The translations under genes and the position numbers were made by a program. From a virus (lineage: Duplodnaviria; Caudoviricetes): a stretch of DNA of 54,140 nucleotides. Where the stretch lies: positions 1-54,140 of IMG/VR virus record IMGVR_UViG_3300033489_000011. One strand, written 5' to 3'. The notes below the pieces were generated by a model. It was not told the origin of the DNA, searched no databases, and worked only from the letters and a program-made list of their open reading frames with translations. Shown here in pieces: positions 38,306 to 45,427 of the stretch (positions are counted from its first letter, which is position 1; each line of letters opens with the position of its first letter).

Positions 38306-38625
38306 TGATGCCCGATCAGGTGGTATACGCAACGGGCGGCTTGCTGACGGACAACGGCCAGGCGGATCTCACGGCGTTCGCGTCGGCGGGGCTGTTCTCC
38401 AGGATCGTCGTCATCGTGGTGTTGCCGGAGAGGGAGCTTTATGCCCTCCACCGGCAGTTGAAATTACTGTCGGAAACCCGATTATTCGAGCTGACGGGGC
38501 TCAGGGTTGTCGTGCTGTATGCGAGGGAAGCGGAGCCTGAGATGGAAGCGGCGGACAGGAACGTGACGCTGATGGCGGGCGATCGGAATTTCGAGCTGAT
38601 AACCGATGAGGAATTAACATGGTAA
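38305..38625 (+). CDS. Hypothetical protein
   Basis: Translationally coupled. Confidence 0.5.
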   Translation: MMPDQVVYATGGLLTDNGQADLTAFASAGLFSRIVVIVVLPERELYALHRQLKLLSETRLFELTGLRVVVLYAREAEPEMEAADRNVTLMAGDRNFELITDEELTW

Positions 38626-38930
38626 GGTCATTCCCCGACAAGCAGCCCTACGAAGAGTTTTTTGTCGTGTTCAATTTCTATCGGTTGCTCTCGCGGACAA
38701 ATGACTCCATCGCAACGGTGGCGGAGCTTAAAGCATTTGACGCCGACGGCGTTGACCAGACAACCTCTTTCATTGACGCCGGCGAGCAGGTGATAGCGAC
38801 ACCGCGCGTGTTCGCTTGGGTGAAGGGAGGAACGCCGCAGAGATACCGTCTCGTCTGCAAGATCACGACGACAGGCGGCAAGAAATGGCAGATGGTCGGA
38901 TATCTGACCGTAGTCGAGGGGATAACATGA
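38619..38930 (+). CDS. Small virion adaptor-like protein
   Basis: KQPYE..FNF..WVKGGT..YRLVCKITTTGG. Confidence 0.55.
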   Translation: MVRSFPDKQPYEEFFVVFNFYRLLSRTNDSIATVAELKAFDADGVDQTTSFIDAGEQVIATPRVFAWVKGGTPQRYRLVCKITTTGGKKWQMVGYLTVVEGIT

Positions 38931-39520
38931 ACCAGCATGCCGAATGGAAGCAGCGCTTCGAGCGCGTATGGGACCCCAAAGGACAGGGGAAATACCGTAT
39001 GGGATCGCCCGGGCAGCGGCTTGTCCCGCGCTTTATCGAATGGGTGCCGAAGGGGTCGGTCGTCAACGAATACGGCTCGGGAACGGGCCGGGCCGTGGTG
39101 GAGTTGTGCAACGCCAGGCCGGACGTCCGGGTGAACATGGTGGACATTGCCGAGAACGCGCTTGAGGCCCCGGCGAAGGCGCTCGTCGGGGGCCGGGCGA
39201 CGTTCACCCTGTCGGCGCTGTGGGGCCTGCCGGAGAAATTCCCCGTGGCGGACTGGGGGTACTGCATCGATGTCCTGATGTGCGTCCCTCCGGACCGGCT
39301 CGACGACATCCTCAGGGAGATCCGTCGGACGTGCAGGAATCTGTTTGCCCAGGTGTACGACTGGGCGGACATCCGGCTCGACATCGACTACACGACGATC
39401 AAGGAAGGCCCGGAATGGTGGTACAGCAAGTTTTCTTGGTATTGGCCCACCGTGTCGAAAGTGAAGAGCAACGAGCACGCGCGGCGGTATATCTACCTGT
39501 GCCGGGGGGAGGAGCAATGA
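38927..39520 (+). CDS. Class I SAM-dependent methyltransferase
   Basis: VNEYGSGTGR, MVDIA, ADWGYCIDVL. Confidence 0.85.
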   Translation: MNQHAEWKQRFERVWDPKGQGKYRMGSPGQRLVPRFIEWVPKGSVVNEYGSGTGRAVVELCNARPDVRVNMVDIAENALEAPAKALVGGRATFTLSALWGLPEKFPVADWGYCIDVLMCVPPDRLDDILREIRRTCRNLFAQVYDWADIRLDIDYTTIKEGPEWWYSKFSWYWPTVSKVKSNEHARRYIYLCRGEEQ

Positions 39521-40026
39521 CGGGTTTGCCGGAATTCACTGTGCCGTTGAGCGAGGCCATGATAAAGACGGTGGCGCTGGGGAACGTCTACCTGAGCACC
39601 GAGCCGGACGTCTGCGTCGTTGGCAGCCCGCTGGCGCGCGGGTATTCGCTCTTCATTGCGGGCAAGGAAAAAGAGGGCCGGGCCGTCATCGAGGATTTTC
39701 TTGTGCGGGTGTTTCCTTCGCGCCGTGGAGAGATGTCCACACGGCAATTCGTCAATCAGATCTGTGCCGAAAAGGGATTGCCCCGGCCGATCGCGAACGA
39801 AAGGGTCGCTCCGGAGATTTTGAGGGAGGCGGCCGGCAGGCGGTTCGACAGGTTGCACCTGCCCCTGCTGCGGAGCATCCTGGCCAGGGGATATCGGCCG
39901 GAGCTCTCCCATCCCGTCACCATGCGGCAATCCGGCAACCGCTTCCTGGTGGTGGACGGGAAGAACCGCTGCTCGATCCTCGCGGCCCTGGGCGAGGAAG
40001 TCGTGTCAAACGTGAGGTTGTTATGA
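39517..40026 (+). CDS. ParB/Srx-like domain protein
   Basis: LLRSILARGY..PVT..LVVDGKNRCSILAALG. Confidence 0.6.
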   Translation: MTGLPEFTVPLSEAMIKTVALGNVYLSTEPDVCVVGSPLARGYSLFIAGKEKEGRAVIEDFLVRVFPSRRGEMSTRQFVNQICAEKGLPRPIANERVAPEILREAAGRRFDRLHLPLLRSILARGYRPELSHPVTMRQSGNRFLVVDGKNRCSILAALGEEVVSNVRLL

Positions 40027-40577
40027 TTCGATACCTGGACCGCGCCGGCTACGAGGCGAATGCCGTGAAGGACGATAAATGGCGCAGTCATAAGGCCCGG
40101 TGGCCCTATCATGTCGCGGCGATCGCCACCGTCGAATCCCTCGGGATCAAAGACGCGGGCGAGGTCCTGGAGATCGGCGCCTTCGGTGCGCAAATCGTCA
40201 TCGGAAGCGACACGATGGACCTGCCGCAGGGGGACTGGGAAATACCGGGGGCGCGATCGACGTATGCTCATGATGCGCGCGAGCTTCCCTGGCCGATAAA
40301 AACGGGAAGATATTCGCTGGTTGTCGCCCTGCGGGTATGGCATCACCTGTTTCCCCGGCAAAAGGAGTGCTTCCTCGAGGCGAAGCGGGTTGCGAAGCAC
40401 GTCCTGATTGTCTGCCCGGAAAAGGAAATCGTCGGCGTTGGGATCCGGCGCCGCCAATGGGATGACTGGAACGGAAGCCCGCCGATTCGCCAGGCGGAAT
40501 TGGAAGGGTGGGGCCGATTATATCTATTCAAGGGAGGACTCAATGGTAACGGTATGCTGCATCAAGCAGGGGAGTAA
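40023..40577 (+). CDS. Methyltransferase-like protein
   Basis: VLEIGAFG, HDARELPWP..YSLVVALRVWHH..F.EAKRVAK. Confidence 0.75.
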   Translation: MIRYLDRAGYEANAVKDDKWRSHKARWPYHVAAIATVESLGIKDAGEVLEIGAFGAQIVIGSDTMDLPQGDWEIPGARSTYAHDARELPWPIKTGRYSLVVALRVWHHLFPRQKECFLEAKRVAKHVLIVCPEKEIVGVGIRRRQWDDWNGSPPIRQAELEGWGRLYLFKGGLNGNGMLHQAGE

Positions 40578-41277
40578 GTACGGCCCGGAATACGTCAATA
40601 TCCTGCACGCGATGGTGGTGCGGAACACCTTCATTTTTGATTGGGATTTCGTCTGCTTCACGGATGACGCCGCCGGCATCGATCCGAAGATCCGGATCGA
40701 ACCTTTGCCGCATCCGGCGGTCGGATGGTGGGTGAAGATGGGGCTCTATCAGAAGGAAGTGCCGGGGATCGCCTCCGAGAAGCTGCTGTTCCTCGATCTG
40801 GATGTGGTCATTCCCGGATTCCTGGATCCCGTTCTGATATTCGAGTCCGACCATGCCTTGATTAAAGACTATCCCGCCGCCTATCTTCCCCCGGGCAATC
40901 ACCACCAAAAGGACGGCAACACCTCCGCGATTCTGCTCACAGTCGGATCGCGGGTGCATATCTGGGAGGCCTTTCTACGGGAAAAGAACCCGGCCGGGCG
41001 GTATTGGAGCGAGCAGGACTGGCTAAACAAGAAGCATCCCGGCTCATTCGACCTGCTGCCGGAGTCTATGGCGCAGAGCTACAAGCTGCACAAGCTGCAG
41101 GACAGGCGCCCGGAGTGCAGCATTGTCATGTTTCACGGGAAGCCCAAGCCGGCAGATTGTGGTGGTTGGGTTGCGGAGGAGTGGAGAACAAGCCGCCGGA
41201 AACGGCATAGGAAGAGCAATAGGGGACAGATTTCAAATCTGTCCCCGGAGGAGGATAAGAACAGGGGACAGATTTGA
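40543..41277 (+). CDS. GT-A fold glycosyltransferase (GT8-like)
   Basis: CIKQGSKYGPEYV, CFTDD, GWWVK, LFLDLDVVI (DxD), SEQDW, FHGKPKP; C-terminus reads into the palindromes. Confidence 0.85.
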   Translation: MVTVCCIKQGSKYGPEYVNILHAMVVRNTFIFDWDFVCFTDDAAGIDPKIRIEPLPHPAVGWWVKMGLYQKEVPGIASEKLLFLDLDVVIPGFLDPVLIFESDHALIKDYPAAYLPPGNHHQKDGNTSAILLTVGSRVHIWEAFLREKNPAGRYWSEQDWLNKKHPGSFDLLPESMAQSYKLHKLQDRRPECSIVMFHGKPKPADCGGWVAEEWRTSRRKRHRKSNRGQISNLSPEEDKNRGQI

Positions 41278-41292
41278 AATCTGTCCCCGGAG

Positions 41293-41399
41293 ATTCGGGT
41301 TTCCCGGCGGACTGATCATCCAAAGGGGACGCAAGAAAGAATTAAGGCGGGCTGTATGGAGCCATACCTCCAACAGCCCGCCTTTTTCTTTGCCCGGCA
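41293..41399 (+). ncRNA. Structured RNA element, copy 2 (upstream of tail tube gene)
   Basis: Paralogue of 31136..31242; bracketed by palindromes. Confidence 0.65.
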
Positions 41400-41488
41400 G
41401 CAGCCCCAGGGGACAGATTTCAAATCTGTCCCCTGGAGGAGATCAAAAATAACGCCGGAAGCGGCAAAACATGAAGGAGGAAATAGCG

Positions 41489-42514
41489 ATGTCAACAGCA
41501 GAGAACGCGAGAATTGATTATGAGTGCGGTCAGGATTCGGTAGCCATGACGGCGCTCACCGATCAGGGAGATCACAAGGATTTCCGGGGCCCCGATCCTT
41601 TGTGGTCTGGAAAGGCGGGCTTTTCGCCTAACGTAAAACCGGACGGCCTTGCCACCGGCGGGGCGGTTACTCCCGGAACGGCGGACGACACGGTCGACGT
41701 CGCGGCGCTGACCTGTTACCTGAGCGGCGTGCTGACTTCGGTCAACGCCGATCCCGCAAACGCAGTTGTCCGGCCGGCGGCATCTCCGGCAGGCCTGAAG
41801 GTTAAGCACTCCATCACGGTTACGTCGGCGGGTGCAATCGCTGTCGTGGCGGGTGTGGACGGCGCGACCTTTTCGGCCACCCGTGGCGCGGCAGGCGGCC
41901 CTCCCTACATCCTGCCGGATTCCATCGAGATCGCGCAGGTCTGGCTTACGGATGATGCGGCAGCGCCTGTGACCGCCGACGAGATCAAGCAGGTGGTCGG
42001 TTCGTCCTGCGAGCGCTATGACTATCCGACCTGGGAGGAAGCGAAGTTCAACGTGGATGCCGGGATCATCGGCAACGCGGGGATCGTGTTCGCCTCGGCC
42101 CTGCCGATGAGTCATTCGATCGCATCCCCGGAGACCCCCGAAACGAAGCAGGTCTTCGCGGAGTATTACGAGCCGGTGTTCACCGACGTGCCGAAGTCCT
42201 CGGATTTTGTGCCTCCGGAGACGAGCTACACCACGAGCTCCAAGAAGATTTACGGCGCGACGCTCGGGGCGACGTCGTCTTCGCTGAACCAGGGATCGTT
42301 CACCGCATACCTGCAGGATGGAATTTCGGACGGGATTCTCGGCCTCAAGGGCGACGTCCTGTTCTTCAAGTTCTATCAGAGCAAGTTCAATTCGCTGCCG
42401 TATCTGCTCTCACAGGGGATTCTCGGGGTGTCGCGCCAGTTCCCGGCAGGGGATCAGATCGTCGCGGCCTGCACGATTTCGCCTGAAACGGCGGCGGTGG
42501 AAGTGACCGGATAA
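41489..42514 (+). CDS. Major tail (tube) protein
   Basis: AGGAGG RBS; directly upstream of the frameshifting chaperone; A/T/S-rich. Confidence 0.7.
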   Translation: MSTAENARIDYECGQDSVAMTALTDQGDHKDFRGPDPLWSGKAGFSPNVKPDGLATGGAVTPGTADDTVDVAALTCYLSGVLTSVNADPANAVVRPAASPAGLKVKHSITVTSAGAIAVVAGVDGATFSATRGAAGGPPYILPDSIEIAQVWLTDDAAAPVTADEIKQVVGSSCERYDYPTWEEAKFNVDAGIIGNAGIVFASALPMSHSIASPETPETKQVFAEYYEPVFTDVPKSSDFVPPETSYTTSSKKIYGATLGATSSSLNQGSFTAYLQDGISDGILGLKGDVLFFKFYQSKFNSLPYLLSQGILGVSRQFPAGDQIVAACTISPETAAVEVTG

Positions 42515-42603
42515 AAGCACGGCATGGGGACAGATTTCAAATCTGTTCCCGGCTAAGCACATCGGGGGACAGATTTCAAATCTGTCCCCAAAAGGAGAAA
42601 AAA

Positions 42604-43116
42604 ATGAGTTTTGACTCGAAAAAGTTTCTCAAAACGAAGTTCGTCCCCCGCACCGAGGACATGCCCGTTCCGGATCTCCAGGCGTTTTTTCCGGAAGGCG
42701 CGAAGGCCGTCTGGAAGGTCCGGGGGCTCACCGGGCAGGAGCTTGGCAGGGCGGCCGACGCTGCGGATCGAAACAAGAACATCATCGCCATCCTGGAGGG
42801 GCTGACGTCGGAGGCGGCCAAAGACAAGGCCGAAGCCGTCAAGGAGCTGCTCGGCATAGGCGGCAGTACTCCGGCGGACATCGCCAAGCGCCTGGAACAC
42901 CTGACGCTCGGCAGCGTCGATCCGGCCTGTACGCTCGACCTGGCCGTGCGGCTCTGCGAGGTGTTCCCGGTCGAGTTCTATCAGCTCACGAACAAGATCG
43001 TCGAGTTGACCGGGCGGGGCCAGATGCCGGGAAAACAGCCGCCCTCTGGCGAGACGGGGAAGTCCGGGCCTCCCTCGCCCTCTGTTACGCCAGGGGGCGA
43101 TTCCTCTACGAAGTGA
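42604..43116 (+). CDS. Tail assembly chaperone (gpG-like)
   Basis: VRGLTGQEL; slippery GGGAAAA at 43029..43035. Confidence 0.8.
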   Translation: MSFDSKKFLKTKFVPRTEDMPVPDLQAFFPEGAKAVWKVRGLTGQELGRAADAADRNKNIIAILEGLTSEAAKDKAEAVKELLGIGGSTPADIAKRLEHLTLGSVDPACTLDLAVRLCEVFPVEFYQLTNKIVELTGRGQMPGKQPPSGETGKSGPPSPSVTPGGDSSTK

Positions 43117-43208
43117 GGCCGGACCTGTTTCCTCAGGGCTATCTCACGCGGGCGGAGATCGAATTGTGGGAGCGATACTATAAATCGCTCAAGGGGAAAG
43201 GAAAATGA
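42604..43208 (+). CDS. Tail assembly chaperone gpGT via -1 ribosomal frameshift
   Basis: The -1 frame after GGGAAAA is open: TAALWRDGEVRASLALC..DLFPQGYLTRAEIELWERYY. Confidence 0.75.
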
Positions 43209-43429
43209 AAACACTGATTATTGTGCTGGCCATGGGTTTGATTTTAGGCTGCGCGGCCAGAGTCGCCATTCCGCCCGAACCAAGATTCAAGCAGATTGTG
43301 ATCTACAATCTGGAGGGCGGGGCGATCTGCATTGACGGGGAGAACGCAAATAACCTGCGGGAGAATGTCAAGGCGATGCGGGACTACCAGGCGGAGCTGC
43401 TGCGGCTGCTGAAAGAGGTCAATAAATAG
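43205..43429 (+). CDS. Small lipoprotein (o-spanin-like)
   Basis: Signal + lipobox ILGC; Pro-rich then short coiled coil. Confidence 0.6.
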   Translation: MKTLIIVLAMGLILGCAARVAIPPEPRFKQIVIYNLEGGAICIDGENANNLRENVKAMRDYQAELLRLLKEVNK

Positions 43430-43441
43430 GGGGAAAGGCAA

Positions 43442-43762
43442 ATGAAAACCATCTCGAAGATACTCTTGGCCATGATCCTCCTGTTGTGGGGCGCCGTAGT
43501 ATGCGGGGCGGCCGCTGCGCTGCCGGCTGCGCCGAGCTGGTATGAGCACGCCGATGTCATGGAGTGGGTGATCGGCGGTCTCTTTTCCCTGGTCCTGTTT
43601 CTCATGCTTCGCACGCTATCCAAGGTGGATCGCAACCAGAACCGGCTGTTTGAAAGGCTCGATGCGCTCACCAAGGAGTTTTACATGCTCCAGGGCGAGC
43701 ACAATGCCATGAAGAACAGGTGCATGGGGAGAGCGTCCGCGGCCGGCAACCGGCCGGACTGA
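43442..43762 (+). CDS. Membrane protein, holin-like
   Basis: Two hydrophobic segments + coiled coil; upstream of the endolysin. Confidence 0.5.
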   Translation: MKTISKILLAMILLLWGAVVCGAAAALPAAPSWYEHADVMEWVIGGLFSLVLFLMLRTLSKVDRNQNRLFERLDALTKEFYMLQGEHNAMKNRCMGRASAAGNRPD

Positions 43763-43770
43763 GGAGGGCG

Positions 43771-43863
43771 ATGAAAACAGGCGCCGTGGCGATCCGGGCG
43801 GAGGCCCGGAAGATCAAGAAAATGAAGGCCCGAAAACGGGCGAAGAGACGGCAACGGAAATGA
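43771..43863 (+). CDS. 30-aa highly basic peptide
   Basis: GAGGAGG RBS; MKTGAVAIRAEARKIKKMKARKRAKRRQRK. Confidence 0.5.
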   Translation: MKTGAVAIRAEARKIKKMKARKRAKRRQRK

Positions 43864-43869
43864 TGAAGG

Positions 43870-44283
43870 GTGATCGTTGTGGCTGAATTTAGTAAGGCGA
43901 GTAAGGAACGGCTGGCGACTTGCGATCCGCGCTTGCAACAGGTTTTCAATGAAGTCATCAAATTCTTCGATTGCAAGATTCTCGAAGGCCATCGCGGGAA
44001 GGCGGCTCAGCACAAGGCTTACATGGACGGCGACAGTAAGGTTGACTGGCCGGACGGCAAGCATAACTCGATCCCATCGAAGGCCGTTGACGCCATGCCG
44101 TACCCGATCGACTGGAACGACTGGAAGCGGATCTGTTACTTCGCCGGGTTTGTTGTCGGAATCGCAGCGCATCTGGGGATAATGATTAGATGGGGCCGGG
44201 ACTGGGATAGGGATACCGACCTGAACGATCAAACCTTTAATGATGGGCCGCATTACGAATTGGTGGAAGGAGGTATAAAATGA
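43870..44283 (+). CDS. Endolysin, M15-family L-Ala-D-Glu peptidase-like
   Basis: FSKASKERL..D.KILEGHR..Q..KHN..PSKAVD..IRWG.DW..DGPHYEL. Confidence 0.9.
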   Translation: MIVVAEFSKASKERLATCDPRLQQVFNEVIKFFDCKILEGHRGKAAQHKAYMDGDSKVDWPDGKHNSIPSKAVDAMPYPIDWNDWKRICYFAGFVVGIAAHLGIMIRWGRDWDRDTDLNDQTFNDGPHYELVEGGIK

Positions 44284-44843
44284 AACGATTGATATGGTTA
44301 GTGTTACTGTGTTTTCCCCTTTTGACATCCTGCATGACGGCCAATCAATTGGCCGCCGAAAAATCGTTTTACGAGGCGAAGGTAGCGATGTCCAGGCAGG
44401 TCGCGGCGCAACCCATCTTTGAGATGCTTGCGGCAGACTTGAAACAGCCGATAGTCCTTCAGAACGTGGCGGCGATCCGGGTATTCCAGACGCCTACCGG
44501 GTCTAATGACACTTTGAATCAGTATGTCCAGCGGGACTATGCGGCTCCCTGGCTCAACATTCTCGGCGCGGGCTTACCCTGGTTAGGCGCATGGGGCATA
44601 GTCAAAGCCGTGGGCGACATCGCCGGCGGCAACTACACAACGTATAACCAGTCCATCAGCGGCCAGAGCACAGGACAATTCCGGGTCATGGGCGATTTGA
44701 ATCCGGGCGTCATTACGGGCAGCGGGAACATGGTAGGCGGGATGATAGACCAGACATCCGTGCCGACTGTGGTGGAGCAACCGGCCCCGATAATAATTGA
44801 ACAACCGCCGCCGGTAATAGTGCCGCCAAGTTATGCGCCTTAA
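44280..44843 (+). CDS. Lipoprotein of unknown function
   Basis: Lipobox LTSC; Pro-rich C-terminus. Confidence 0.7.
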   Translation: MKRLIWLVLLCFPLLTSCMTANQLAAEKSFYEAKVAMSRQVAAQPIFEMLAADLKQPIVLQNVAAIRVFQTPTGSNDTLNQYVQRDYAAPWLNILGAGLPWLGAWGIVKAVGDIAGGNYTTYNQSISGQSTGQFRVMGDLNPGVITGSGNMVGGMIDQTSVPTVVEQPAPIIIEQPPPVIVPPSYAP

Positions 44844-44942
44844 CAGACGAACATATTGGGATGAGGTCGTGTGGAAGTGGATATTCGTGGCGTTGTTAGT
44901 TCCCTTGTACGTAAATATGTGTACCAAATAGGAGGTAAGACT

Positions 44943-45113
44943 ATGATTCAGTTTATTTTGAACAGGTTGAAGGAAGCGTCGACGTGGAGAGGACTTATCC
45001 TGATGATTACGGCGGCAGGTGTGGCTGTTTCGGATACGCAGCAAGTAGCCATCATCGCAGCGGGTATTGCACTTGCCGGTGTAGTAGGCGCGTTCCTGCC
45101 GGACAAGAAGTGA
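44943..45113 (+). CDS. Small two-TM holin-like protein
   Basis: GGAGG RBS; RLKEASTWRGL..G..LPDKK. Confidence 0.7.
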   Translation: MIQFILNRLKEASTWRGLILMITAAGVAVSDTQQVAIIAAGIALAGVVGAFLPDKK

Positions 45114-45343
45114 TTATCATTGACGACATCATCTCCCTGCTGGCGTCTCTGGCGTCAGTGGGGGAGATGAGCCTCAAGGAAGCGATTAAATCGGGGGCGC
45201 TGGATTATGCTAAAGTGCAAGTTATCCGCCGGGCTGTTCTTGCTGACGACACTGATGCTCTCAGCACCATTGTTGACCGGCTGCGCATCAAAGCCGCTGG
45301 TCATTCAGGAGAGCAGTCTGGTGGTGAGGATTCACAAGGGTGA
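45110..45343 (+). CDS. Hypothetical protein (possible i-spanin-like)
   Basis: GTGA-coupled; overlaps an embedded lipoprotein ORF. Confidence 0.4.
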   Translation: MIIIDDIISLLASLASVGEMSLKEAIKSGALDYAKVQVIRRAVLADDTDALSTIVDRLRIKAAGHSGEQSGGEDSQG

Positions 45344-45425
45344 GCCGGCCCCGACTGACGGCTACCTGCTTTCGGAACGGGCTTTGTCTGACCTGATGGA
45401 GTGTTGTGAACTACGGAAGGAGTAG
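45207..45425 (+). CDS. Lipoprotein (o-spanin-like)
   Basis: Lipobox LTGC; KGEPAPTDGYLLS. Confidence 0.6.
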   Translation: MLKCKLSAGLFLLTTLMLSAPLLTGCASKPLVIQESSLVVRIHKGEPAPTDGYLLSERALSDLMECCELRKE

Positions 45426-45427
45426 TA

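Larger units (their letters stand above)
27130..42589. repeat. Dispersed 25-bp palindrome GGGGACAGATTT-N-AAATCTGTCCCC, 13 copies
   Basis: Core starts at 27130, 28959, 29139, 30360, 31096, 31249, 32337, 33844, 41222, 41264, 41409, 42526 (one mismatch), 42565. Confidence 0.97.

Noticed and set aside
27130-42589. CRISPR array built from the 25-bp palindrome
   Set aside because: Copies are dispersed with gaps from 14 bp to over 7 kb, there are no regular spacers, and no cas genes are present
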